DNA from: Macrostomum lignano
Lineage: Eukaryota
Direction of reading: 5' to 3'
NCBI GenBank assembly: GCA_002269645.1
Contig: NIVC01001503.1
Coordinates: forward strand, 62,001-126,000
Length of the DNA: 64,000 nucleotides
Shown here: in pieces, positions 12,540 through 25,493 of the stretch
Position numbering within the stretch: the first letter of the stretch is position 1
How the letters are laid out: the number at the start of each line of letters is the position of its first letter
The notes under the pieces: model-generated
Seen by the model: the letters and a program-made list of their open reading frames with translations, nothing else
Database searches by the model: none
Told to the model about the DNA's origin: nothing
Position numbers and translations under genes: made by a program

Positions 12540-13033
12540 CTGCTTCCTCACTGCTTCCCCACTGCTTCCCCACTGCTTCCCACTTGCTTCCCCACTGCTT
12601 CCCACTTGCTTCCCCACTGCTTCCCACTTGCTTTCCACTTGCTTCTTACTGCTTCCCACTTGCTTCCCACTTGCTTTCCACTTGCTTCTTACTGCTTCCC
12701 ACTTGCTTTCCACTTGCTTCCCACTTGCTTTCCACTGCTTCCCACTTGCTTTCCACTTGCTTCTCTCTGCTTCCCACTTGCTTCCCACTTGCTTCCCCAC
12801 TGCTTCCCCACTTGCTGCCCACTTGCTTCCCACTTGCTTCCCACTGCTTCCCCACTGCTTCCCACTGCTTCCCACTTGCTTTCCACTTGCTTCTTACTGC
12901 TTCCCACTTGCTTCCCACTGCTTCCCACTTGCTTTCCACTAGCTTCTCACTGCTTCCCACTTGCTTCCCACTGCTTCCCACTTGCTTCCCACTGCTTTTC
13001 ACTTGCTTCCCACTGCTTCTCACTTGCTTCCCA
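12540..13033. repeat. 10/11-bp pyrimidine-rich minisatellite CTTCCCAC(T)TG
   Basis: Direct inspection; the source of several spurious ORFs. Confidence 0.94.
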
Positions 13034-13974
13034 TGGCTCTACACAGTTTTTTTCACTTATACTTTGCCACTGGTTTCCAATTTCGACCAATTTACTTTGT
13101 AAGTTAACAATATAAACCTCCTAGACTGGACAAATATTAGATTTATAATCAGCCTTCATCAACAAAACTGAGCAAAGCTTTGGCCACCGCATGCAAAAAG
13201 TACATCGCCAGGCGGAAAAAAGTTCGCTCGAAAAAAATTGATATTCGCGCCCCCATAGTTGGCCTACTCGGGCGCTGTGCACAGTTTTCAGTCGCAGCAG
13301 CAATTTTATTTTTGTGACCCCGGCTTCCCGCGCCGCTCGGGTACCTTCTTCCCCTTCATAAAATCCTCATTCCCAACCTCTTTCGGGCTTGCCTGCCAAA
13401 AGCATTTCAACCGGCGGCATTTACCCTCGACTTGGCTGGAGCAGAAAATGCGATTGGCCCTGCGTGTGGGTGCAGCCGCGGCCTGGTAAATCACTTCCAA
13501 AATGGGCTATCAGACCCCCTTGATGAATTGGCTGGCCGGCGGCCCCACGCAGACGCATAGGAGAGCCTTAGGCATAGCGAAGAAGGGTTACCGGTGTTCA
13601 GTCAAACAATCCAGCGGAACCGCGGGCACTTATGACTACGTCTGGGGGGTGAGGGTTCTTGCGTTACACGTATATACTGGCATTCTGGATCCGCCTGCAC
13701 ATTGCGTTTCTTCTAGCCAGGTGTGCGAAGAAAGCGCAGCCGGCATAATTGCCAAGTGCTGCAAAGACTTCTGCAGCTCTGCCAGCATAGCCAAGTGTTG
13801 CATTGTCCACACTTGCATTGTCCACATTGTCCGTCGCATAAAAAAGAACTGGCTATGTAGTAAATGTGCTGACTGTGGCATTTAAACGTAATTTGCAATT
13901 CTTTTTTGCGTTTTAAAAGTCTAATACAACGTAGATTTATGTTCACGATGTGCCGTTGAGATTTTACCAACCTG

Positions 13975-16900
13975 TAAATTATCCACGTGTCTTAATTGGA
14001 GTTGAAATGCAACAATCCACGTGTCTTATTTGGAGTTAAATTGCAACAATCCACGTGTCTTAATTGAAGTTGAAATGCAACAATCCACGTGTCTTAATTG
14101 GAGTTGAATTGCAACAATCCAGGTGTCTTAATTGGAGTTGAATTGCAACAATCCAGGTGTCTTATTTGGAGTTGAATTGCAACAATCCACGTGTCTTAAT
14201 TGGAGTTGAATTGCAACAATCCACGTGTCTTAATTGGAGTTGAAATGCAACAATCCAGGTGTCTTAATTAGAGTTGAATTGCAACAATCCACGTGTCTTA
14301 ATTGAAGTTGAAATGCAACAATCCACGTGTCTTAATTGAAGTTGAAATGCAACAATCCAGGTGTCTTAATTGGAGTTGAAATGCAACAATCCACGTGTCT
14401 TAATTGGAGTTGAATTGCAACAATCCACGTGTCTTAATTGGAGTTGAAATGCAACAATCCACGTGTCTTAATTGGAGTTGAAATGCAACAATCCACGTGT
14501 CTTAATTGGAGTTGAAATGCAACAATCCAGGTGTCTTAATTGGAGTTGAATTGCAACAATCCAGGTGTCTTAATTGGAGTTGAATTGCAAAAATCCAGGT
14601 GTCTTAATTGGAGTTGAAATGCAACAATCCAGGTGTCTTAATTGGAGTTGAATTGCAACAATCCACGTGTCTTAATTGGAGTTGAATTGCAACAATCCAG
14701 GTGTCTTAATTGGAGTTGAATTGCAACAATCCACGTGTCTTAATTGGAGTTGAAATGCAACAATCCAGGTGTCTTAATTAGAGTTGAATTGCAACAATCC
14801 AGGTGTCTTATTTGGAGTTGAATTGCAACAATCCACGTGTCTTAATTGGAGTTGAAATGCAACAATCCAGGTGTCTTAATTGGAGTTGAATTGCAACAAT
14901 CCAGGTGTCTTAATTGGAGTTGAATTGCAACAATCCACGTGTCTTAATTGGAGTTGAAATGCAACAATCCACGTGTCTTAATTGAAGTTGAAATGCAACA
15001 ATCCACGTGTCTTAATTGGAGTTGAATTGCAACAATCCACGTGTCTTAATTGGAGTTGAAATGCAACAATCCACGTGTCTTAATTGGAGTTGAATTGCAA
15101 CAATCCACGTGTCTTAATTGGAGTTGAAATGCAACAATCCAGGTGTCTTAATTGGAGTTGAATTGCAACAATCCACGTGTCTTAATTGGAGTTGAATTGC
15201 AACAATCCAGGTGTCTTAATTGGAGTTGAATTGCAACAATCCACGTGTCTTAATTGGAGTTGAAATGCAACAATCCAGGTGTCCTTTTTGGAGTTGAATT
15301 GCAACAATCCACGTGTCTTAATTGGAGTTGAATTGCAACAATCCACGTGTCTTAATTGGAGTTGAAATGCAACAATCCAGGTGTCTTAATTGGAGTTGAA
15401 TTGCAACAATCCACGTGTCTTAATTGAAGTTAAAATGCAACAATCCACGTGTCTTAATTGGAGTTGAATTGCAACAATCCACGTGTCTTAATTGGAGTTG
15501 AAATGCAACAATCCACGTGTCTTAATTGGAGTTGAAATGCAACAATCCACGTGTCTTAATTGGAGTTGAAATGCAACAATCCAGGTGTCTTAATTGGAGT
15601 TGAATTGCAACAATCCAGGTGTCTTAATTGGAGTTGAATTGCAAAAATCCAGGTGTCTTAATTGGAGTTGAAATGCAACAATCCAGGTGTCTTATTTGGA
15701 GTTGAATTGCAACAATCCACGTGTCTTAATTGGAGTTGAAATGCAACAATCCAGGTGTCTTATTTGGAGTTGAATTGCAACAATCCACGTGTCTTAATTG
15801 GAGTTGAATTGCAACAATCCAGGTGTCTTAATTAGAGTTGAATTGCAACAATCCAGGTGTCTTAATTGGAGTTGAATTGCAACAATCCACGTGTCTTAAT
15901 TGGAGTTGAAATGCAACAATCCATGTGTCTTAATTGGAGTTGAATTGCAACAATCCAGGTGTCTTAATTGGAGTTGAATTGCAACAATCCACGTGTCTTA
16001 ATTGAAGTTGAATGCAACAATCCACGTGTCTTAATTGGAGTTGAATTGCAACAATCCAGGTGTCTTAATTGGAGTTGAATTGCAACAATCCAGGTGTCTT
16101 ATTGGAGTTGAATTGCAACAATCCAGGTGTCTTAATTGGAGTTGAATTGCAACAATCCAGGTGTCTTAATTCGAGTTGAATTGCAACAATCCAGGTGTCT
16201 TCATTCGAGTTGAATTGCAACAATCCACGTGTCTTAATTGGAGTTGAATTGCAACAATCCACGTGTCTTAATTGGAGTTGAATTGCAACAATCCACGTGT
16301 CTTAATTGGAGTTGAAATGCAACAATCCAGGTGTCCTTTTTGGAGTTGAATTGCAACAATCCACGTGTCTTAATTGAAGTTGAAATGCAACAATCCACGT
16401 GTCTTAATTCGAGTTGAAATGCAACAATCCAGGTGTCTTAATTGGAGTTGAATTGCAACAATCCAGGTGTCTTAATTGGAGTTGAATTGCAACAATCCAG
16501 GTGTCTTTATTGGAGTTGAATTGCAACAATCCAGGTGTCTTAATTGGAGTTGAATTGCAACAATCCACGTGTCTTAATTGAAGTTGAAATGCAACAATCC
16601 ACGTGTCTTAATTGAAGTTGAAATGCAACAATCCAGGTGTCTTATTTGAAGTTGAATTGCAACAATCCAGGTGTCTTAATTGGAGTTGAATTGCAACAAT
16701 CCAGGTGTCTTAATTGGAGTTGAAATGCAACAATCCACGTGTCTTATTTGGAGTTGAATTGCAACAATCCACGTGTCTTAATTGGAGTTGAAATGCAACA
16801 ATCCAGGTGTCTTATTGGAGTTGAAATTGCAACAATCCACGTGTCTTAATTGGAGTTGAAATGCAACAATCCAGGTGTCTTAATTAGAGTTGAATTGCAA

Positions 16901-19357
16901 CAATCCAGGTGTCTTAATTGGAGTTGAATTGCAACAATCCACGTGTCTTAATTGGAGTTGAAATGCAACAATCCAGGTGTCCTTTTTGGAGTTGAATTGC
17001 AACAATCCACGTGTCTTAATTGGAGTTGAATTGCAACAATCCACGTGTCTTAATTGAAGTTGAAATGCAACAATCCACGTGTCTTAATTGGAGTTGAATT
17101 GCAACAATCCAGGTGTCTTAATTGGAGTTGAATTGCAACAATCCAGGTGTCTTATTGGAGTTGAATTGCAACAATCCACGTGTCTTAATTGGAGTTGAAA
17201 TGCAACAATCCACGTGTCTTAATTGGAGTTGAATTGCAACAATCCACGTGTCTTAATTGGAGTTGAATTGCAACAATCCAGGTGTCTTAATTGAAGTTGA
17301 AATGCAACAATCCACGTGTCTTAATTGAAGTTGAAATGCAACAATCCACGTGTCTTATTTGGAGTTGAATTGCAACAATCCAGGTGTCTTAATTGGAGTT
17401 GAAATGCAACAATCCACGTGTCTTAATTGAAGTTGAAATGCAACAATCCACGTGTCTTAATTGAAGTTGAAATGCAACAATCCAGGTGTCTTATTTGAGT
17501 TGAATTGCAACAATCCAGGTGTCTTAATTGGAGTTGAATTGCAACAATCCAGGTGTCTTAATTGGAGTTGAAATGCAACAATCCACGTGTCTTATTGGAG
17601 TTGAATTGCAACAATCCACGTGTCTTAATTGGAGTTAAATGCAACAATCCAGGTGTCTTATTGGAGTTGAATTGCAACAATCCACGTGTCTTAATTGGAG
17701 TTGAATGCAACAATCCAGGTGTCTTAATTGAGTTGAATTGCAACAATCCAGGTGTCTTAATTGGAGTTGAATTGCAACAATCCACGTGTCTTAATTGGAG
17801 TTGAAATGCAACAATCCAGGTGTCTTTTTGGAGTTGAATTGCAACAATCCACGTGTCTTAATTGGAGTTGAATTGCAACAATCCACGTGTCTTAATTGAG
17901 TTGAAATGCAACAATCCACGTGTCTTAATTGGAGTTGAATTGCAACAATCCAGGTGTCTTAATTGGAGTTGAATTGCAACAATCCAGGTGTCTTATTTGG
18001 AGTTGAATTGCAACAATCCACGTGTCTTAATTGGAGTTGAAATGCAACAATCCAGGTGTCTTAATTGGAGTTGAATTGCAACAATCCACGTGTCTTAATT
18101 GGAGTTGAATTGCAACAATCCACGTGTCTTAATTGAAGTTGAAATGCAACAATCCACGTGTCTTAATTGAAGTTGAAATGCAACAATCCACGTGTCTTAA
18201 TTGGAGTTGAAATGCAACAATCCACGTGTCTTAATTGGAGTTGAATTGCAACAATCCACGTGTCTTAATTGGAGTTGAATTGCAACAATCCAGGTGTCTT
18301 AATTGGAGTTGAATTGCAACAATCCAGGTGTCTTATTGGAGTTGAATTGCAACAATCCAGGTGTCTTAATTGGAGTTGAATTGCAACAATCCAGGTGTCT
18401 TAATTGGAGTTGAAATGCAACAATCCAGGTGTCTTAATTGGAGTTGAAATGCAACAATCCACGTGTCTTAATTGGAGTTGAATTGCAACAATCCAGGTGT
18501 CTTAATTGGAGTTGAATTGCAACAATCCAGGTGTCTTATTTGGAGTTGAATTGCAACAATCCACGTGTCTTAATTGGAGTTGAATTGCAACAATCCAGGT
18601 GTCTTAATTGGAGTTGAATTGCAACAATCCAGGTGTCTTAATTGGAGTTGAATTGCAACAATCCAGGTGTCTTAATTGGAGTTGAAATGCAACAATCCAC
18701 GAGTCTTAATTGGAGTTGAATTGCAACAATCCAGGAGTCTTATTTGGAGTTGAATTGCAACAATCCACGTGTCTTAATTGGAGTTGAATTGCAACAATCC
18801 AGGTGTCTTAATTCGAGTTGAATTGCAACAATCCAGGTGTCTTAATTCGAGTTGAATTGCAACAATCCAGGTGTCTTAATTGGAGTTGAATGCAACAATC
18901 CACGGTCTTAATTGGAGTTGAATTGCAACAATCCACGTGTCTTAATTGGAGTTGAATTGCAACAATCCAGGTGTCTTAATTGGAGTTGAATTGCAACAAT
19001 CCAGGTGTCTTAATTGGAGTTGAATTGCAACAATCCAGGTGTCCTAATGGGGGTTGAATTGCAACAATCCAGGTGTCCTAGTTGGAGTTGAATTGCAACA
19101 ATCCAGGTGTCCCAATGGGGGTTGAATTGCAACAATCCAGGTGTCCTAGTTGGAGTTGAATTGCAACAATCCAGGTGCCCCAATTGGGGTCTAATTGCAA
19201 CAATCCAGGTGTCCCAATTGGGGTCTAATTGCAACAATCCAGATGTCCCAATTGGAGTTGAATTGCAACAATCCAGGTGTCCCAATTGGGGTCTAATTGC
19301 AACAATCCAGGTGTCCCAATTGGGGTCTAATTGCAACAATCCAGGTGTCCTAGTTGG
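13975..19357. repeat. 34-bp satellite CCA(C/G)GTGTCTTAATTG(G/A)AGTTGAA(T/A)TGCAACAAT, about 158 copies over 5.4 kb
   Basis: Period measured (14051 to 14085). There is no spacer between units, and the right edge diverges. Confidence 0.98.
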
Positions 19358-20442
19358 AGTTGAATTGCTCGTGCAGCCCTCCACAAATCCGCTACATGTG
19401 CCGGCTTTCCAACCTTCTTCATTTATTTCGACTTTCTATCTTCGCCCCCGTCTCTACGTGTATAAATAGTTTCCATAAGGCTGCCAACCCGCCAGCGAAC
19501 ATGGGACTAATCTGATTTACCTCAACTGGGCCGGGCCAGACTCGAAAGGGATCCGTAATTATTCATGCGCATCCAGCTGCACCGCCGCCCAGCCTCCTTC
19601 CTCCACCAGGGCCAGCAAGTGAATCCGAGCTCTTCCCGCTGGGGACTGCCTGTCATTGTTTTGTGCGTAGCTGGCTAAACTGAAAAAATGCGGTAATTGC
19701 TACTGATAGTATAAAGAAAGTCAAAGCTATCTTCTAGTACATGTAGCTCCGTATTGATGCGGAAAAAACTGCCGTATAACTGGAGGGCTGAGCAGGCGGC
19801 TGGCTAGGGTGAGCCGCAGATAGGGACATGGGATGTGTGGCGCTGCAGAAAGGATAAAGGGATGAGGAATTGCAGGAAGACGAGCTCCAGACACACCTAG
19901 CTTGCGTTCAGCACTTCCGCAGCCTCCCATCCCCAGATTCCCATCCGTTCCAAGTCTTTTACCCACTCTTCCTAGAGCTCTTCCTCTTCCTAGCCGGCAG
20001 TTCCCCTCCTCTACGTTCCCGTGCGCGATGTTTTGTGGCGCATCCACGGCCGCGGCAGACCGGCCATTGATCCCAACGGCGTGTTCTCCCCTCCCTGTGC
20101 GTCTCCCAGCTTCAGCCCGCAGATGGCGAGCCCAGCTGCCAGGCCGATCCGGGGGGGGGGGGGGGGGAGCATCGGACCCAGGGCTCTGGAGGCTCAGGGG
20201 AGAAGGATGCGGAGAGAAGTGGGAGAGAAAAGCCGCCTGAAATATTTATGCCGGACTCAGCGTAGAGAGGCGCGGCCGCATCCCTAATATCCTCCCAAAT
20301 AACCTTTCCGCTACTACCAGGACGGCTCATGTATCCGTCTTTACTATCTCGCTTGCAAAAATGATAGTCTAATCATTTTAGTACTCTCGAATATGTCTTT
20401 TAGAGTTTTTTCCAGAACTTTGTGGTCGGAATTTGTATTGTC

Positions 20443-20696
20443 GGGGTTGTAGCCTAGTGGTTAGAGCGACTCAGGACTAAAAGGTCGGGGGTTCGATTCT
20501 CGACCTACTCGGAACAATTTGTGTCCTTGAGCAAGACAACTCTGCATTGCTTCAGTTCACCCAGCTGTAAAATGGGTGCCAGCATTAGCTGGGGTAATTG
20601 AGGCTGTGTGTGGCGACCCCCAGTCCTTGGACTGAACAGCCGTACGCAGCCTTCAGATGCGCCGCGCAATAGCTGCGGCTGAGCTGTCGGTTGCAC
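20443..20696 (+). mobile_element. tRNA-derived CORE-SINE, copy 2
   Basis: GGGGTTGTAGCCTAGTGG...GGTTCGATTC head, CORE-like centre, and a tail ending GCTGTCGGTTGCAC shared with copy 3. Confidence 0.9.
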
Positions 20697-22359
20697 ATCT
20701 GCACATTGGGGCCGGTGTAATAAAACTTCAACGCACAGTCAGGTTGTTTCGTTAATTCAAATTCGAATCTGCGCCAAAAGCCGGAAATTAATTTTGTTTC
20801 CAGAAGTAATCACTCCTAACGAAATTCTTAAGCTTTAAAGAAGCATAAGTACTTAACTGTGCATTTTGCTTCAATTTAGATTTTGTCATATCCAACTGCC
20901 CAGATCCTAGTCATGCCTGCTTCCAGAATTAACTTCTGCACGCCAAGCCGAGCGTTTTCATTGTTTAATCCCAACATTTCTAGAAGCTCTATTTTTGTTA
21001 TTGTTTTAATCAGATGTACAGCACCGCATGCAAACAGCATGTAGGCTGGAGCTTTAAAACAGACAGTTCCTTTGGTTAAACAGTGCAGATCAGCGACTGG
21101 GACCACCAGGGATGGATGGATTGATGAGCGAGGGGAGCGTGAAGGGCGGGATGGGTGGATTAGGAAAGCGGAGCACTGATCCAGCGCTGCACTGCCCCCT
21201 TTATTTTGCCATTCGCTTTCTCCCTCTCCTCTCCCCCTCCCCCCAGCCCCCGATTTTCATTCCCCATGGGATGGCCTCAGAGTGAGTTAGAGTGGTTGCG
21301 ATTCTTCAGAGATTCTCTGGCTGCCGTCCAGGTTTTCTTTTCAGAGAACTCGTTCGGCCGGGGCCCCCTGAAACAGAACTGGCTACTCATTAGCCCCGTG
21401 TCTCGAATGGGAATTAGATTGTCCAATTCAATTATGACTCTTGCGAGGCCCTGGCCTTCCTTTTGCTCTCCTCCCTACCCCCCTCTTGCTGTTTCTATAG
21501 AAGAGACTATGGTACTACGGAGGTGAGAGGGCTCCCCGAGGGTGGCTGATCGGCGCTTGAGTTCAGCCGGGGCCAATTATGAAGCAAGCGGCGGGCTGCC
21601 CGAGACTCAACAGTTCCTACTTTCGAAGGAAGAACTCTTAATAAAATGAAAGATCTAAATATAGTAAGCAGCGCGTCGGGAATTTGAGCAGTAAGAAAAA
21701 ACACGCGCGAAAATCGCCACTAGAACCCGTTTTTACGCGGCTGTGTCTCTTGCCTTTGCTGCCGCTGTAGGCTGTCTCTGTCTTATATGCATTTTTCCTT
21801 CTATTTATATCGAATATCGCCCCTCAACCCAGCTCCGAGTCCGTGGAGAGAGAGAGAGCTAGAGACAGAGGGAGAGATAATATCGTATTTTCGCTAAGCC
21901 AGGAGCCCCACGCACTGAAACAGAGAATGACTCGAGTAGAGACGACAGACAGGCGAGGCAAATGAGAAGACGAGAACCTGAATACAAGGAGATGAGAGTT
22001 TTTAGCTTGCTGGGCCAGCGCCCAGCGGCCTGAGTATGCGTATCAATAATTAATGAGCCCCATCACTGAGCTGGCTGAGCAGCCGCCCTTGGTCCCAGTT
22101 CTCAGAGGCCCAAGAGCGGATAGCTACATTAATTGTCGCTCTTCTTCGACTGCTCGCCAATTGGTGCGAAATATACATGTATTGCGCCTTCGTATGCTGC
22201 AGTTGCTCAGCTCGATCTGGGGTGATCAGGGCGAGGGTTGCAATTCCATTCATTCTGCGCTTTCTCTTCTGACTTTAATGCACTCATACTGGCCCCCACC
22301 TTGTATCCTTCTTACTTGCCTAATCTCACCTGTTTCTGCTCCCGGCTCTTCTCGCGTGT

Positions 22360-23290
22360 CTCTTCTCACCTGTCTCTTCTCACCTGTCTCTTCTCACTTG
22401 TCTCTTCTCACCTGTCTCTTCTCACCTGTCTCTTCTCACCTGTCTCTTCTCACCTGTCTCTTCTCACCTGTCTCTTCTCACCTGTCTCTTCTCACCTGTC
22501 TCTTCTCACTTGTCTCTTCTCACCTGTCTCTTCTCACCTGTCTCTTCTCATCTCTCTTTTCTCACCTGTCTCTTCTCACCTGTCTCTTCTCACCTGTCTC
22601 TTCTCATCTCTCTTTCACCTGTCTCTTCTCATCTCTCTTTCTCACCTGTCTCTTCTCATCTCTCTTCTCACCTGTCTCTTCTCACTCACTTGTCACTTGT
22701 TCTTCTCACCTGTCTCTTCTCACTTGTCTCTTCTCAACTGTCTCTTCTCAAACGGTCTCTTCTCACCTGTTTCTTCTTACCTGTCTCTTCTCACTTGTCT
22801 CTTCTCACTTGTCACTTGTCACTTCTCACCTGTTTTTTCTCACTTGTCTCTTCTCAACTGTCTCTTCTCACTTGTCACTTGTCACCTGTCTCTTCTCACC
22901 TGTCTCTTCTCACCTGTCTCTTCTCACTTGTCACTTGTCACTTGTCACTTGTTTTTTCTCACTTGTCTCTTCTCAACTGTCTCTTCTCACTTGTCACTTC
23001 TCACCTGTCTCTTCTCACCTGTCTCTTCTCACCTGTCTCTTCTCAACTGTCTCTTCTCACTTGTCACTTCTCACCTGTCTCTTCTCACCTGTCTCTTCTC
23101 AACTGTCTCTTCTCACCTGTCTCTTCTCACCTGTCTCTTCTCAACTGTCTCTTCTCACCTGTCTCTTCTCAACTGTCTCTTCTCACCTGTCTCTTCCCAA
23201 TCTCTCTTCTCAACTGTCTCTTCTCACCTGTCTCTTCTCACCTGTCTCTTCTCAACTGTCTCTTCTCACCTGTCTCTTCCCTACTGTCTC
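22360..23290. repeat. 14-bp pyrimidine-rich minisatellite TCTTCTCACCTGTC
   Basis: Direct inspection; explains the 284-421 aa ORFs. Confidence 0.95.
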
Positions 23291-24644
23291 TACCTCTGCC
23301 TCTACCTGGCTACTATAATCTTCCCATCCCGTCTCTCCCATCTCTCCTCAGAGCACGCATCTGAATCGCAGACCTAAGCTTCAATTGTTTATACTTCAAT
23401 CCCACAAGCTATTCAAGTGACAGAATTAGCCCGGGCCCAGCCAGTCTATTTCAGCTTTTTTTAACTTCCTCTCCGGACTGAAAAGCCTCAGGAAGCAGCC
23501 CCTCCCCCCCCCCCCGATCCCTGTCGGGGTCTGAGTAGTTCTCAAGGATTGGGAAGAAACACAGGAAATCCCCACCCTTTAGGCACACGAGGAAGAGGCA
23601 CTGCTGCTGCTGCTGCTGCTGGTGGACTAAAGTCTCCCCGTCCGCGCTCGCTCTTCGGTTTCCCGTTGGGAAATTCTCGGGCCAAAGAGTCGCAATATGA
23701 GGAAAATTTTAGAAACGGGGTGGACTCGCGCCTATTTAAAGACTGCACACCTCCTGTCATTCGTGTTCTTCTCTTTTTTGTCGCCGAATTTGTCGTTCTC
23801 CGCCGTTGCTACCCCGAGCCGGGCTGCTTCTCCCCTCAATCAAGCGTGTCTGTCGTCGGCCCAAAATCAATGCCCTACAGCCCGGTAGTGTCTGCCTGGG
23901 GGGGGGGTAGCGAAGCATCGATTTTGAAGGATTAAGCGTAGGGGGGGGGCTCATAGTGGGTAGGTGTCAAAGAAGAATTTTCACCCAGGGGCTCGCTCTT
24001 GCTACAGTGTTAAATATGGCCGCTAAGCCGCTACGAGACGATGTTTTGCTTAGTTCGATGATGAGCCGATTTTTCTACATCGATTCTCGAGTAGTTCGCC
24101 TGTTGTGTTTCCCGAAGACCCACCCGACTGAGAGGCAGACAGAGACAGGCAAAGACTGAGGCAGAGAGTGGGGGCTTCCCTCTGGTAGCCGGGAGCAACA
24201 GGCCGGTTCCTTGCCTCCTAATTAACAAATTGCTGTTTTTTCTACATCATCTTTTACGTTACCTTAAAGAGGAGCTGCTTTCGAAACGGGAGACCCAGCC
24301 TATTGGGATTAATCAACTTGCAACAGGGGGGCGGAGGAGGAGGAAGAAGGGGAGATTTGGGCGCATGGGATGCGGCCTGAGAGAATGGGAGTGGGGCGAG
24401 ACTGAAGTGGAAGCGAGTGAGTCAGCGACGGATAACGGCTGAAGAGGGCGAGGGCGCCGGGGATAAGTATGCTAATGCATCTGAGAGCGACTTTGCTGTG
24501 AATTGCTGAGTCGGTGAGGGAGAGGGAAGGAAGGGAAGAAGCAGAAAGGAATGAATGCGGAACCTCATTTGTGCCCTGAGCCCGGTTCCTTAAAATCCAC
24601 ATTTTGCCCCGCGGTTAGAAAGGTCGGATCACACCACTCACTCA

Positions 24645-24769
<125 letters not shown>

Positions 24770-25493
24770 TCGCGTGGTCGTTCACAAAGCAGAAGCCCTT
24801 GGTCGCTGTGGGGAAGTTAAGAGAGAGAGGCGCCGTGCTGGGGAGAGCTGCGCTGGTCGGTCGCAGCTTCATGTGCGGGCTGGCGGAATGAGGATGAGAA
24901 CTCTCGTCCCCTCATCCCCGTACCCGTCTTGCGCACTCCCCACTGGCCGGATTGGGATGCGGAAGAGGCTGGGAAATCGGGCGCCAGGGTGAGACAGAGG
25001 CTGAAGGTTGCTGCTGAAAGCCTCAAGCTCTCACTGGCCTGACTCTCTGAGCCTGAGCTTCTTCTCCCTTTGCTCTCTCCATCTCCATGCCTCTCCTTCC
25101 CGTCTCAGCCACTGCTTCGGCCTGCACCTCTCACCCCCATCTCCTCTCTCCCGGCCAAGCCTCCATAAACGGGAGGTATCGGCCTCCCTTCCCCACTCTT
25201 CATCATTCCCACGCATCCAGCCTCTTTGCTCACCGCATCCGTCTCTCCGTCTCGCTCCGTCCTGCGACCTCCCCTCCGGCCTGCTCTCTATCCTCTCGTC
25301 TCCGCTCGGTGCAGCCTTAGCAGTGCCTGCCCAGTTCTCTGCATCCCAAGTTAGCGAGCGGCTCCCCCAGCGCCTAGCATTAAGTTCGCCAGTGCACTAG
25401 CGGTGAAAGCGAGCACTGCGCTAGCAGGTAAATCAGACAGCGCCAACTACTCAGCTCTCAAAAGCCTTTCTTCCATAGTTAAGCCAAGAAGAC

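Noticed and set aside
12522-13115. Overlapping CFPL / KWEA repeat ORFs
   Set aside because: They come from a 10/11-bp repeat open on both strands.
13502-13885. 127-aa Cys-rich ORF before the satellite
   Set aside because: No recognisable domain or convincing splice context, and the Cys clusters come from short local duplications.
13975-19357. CRISPR-like appearance (34-bp repeats containing GTTGAAAT)
   Set aside because: Units are head-to-tail with no unique spacers, there are no cas genes, and the context is eukaryotic. It is a satellite.
22053-23377. 284-421 aa Leu/Ser/Cys-rich ORFs
   Set aside because: They result from the stop-free 14-bp pyrimidine repeat.
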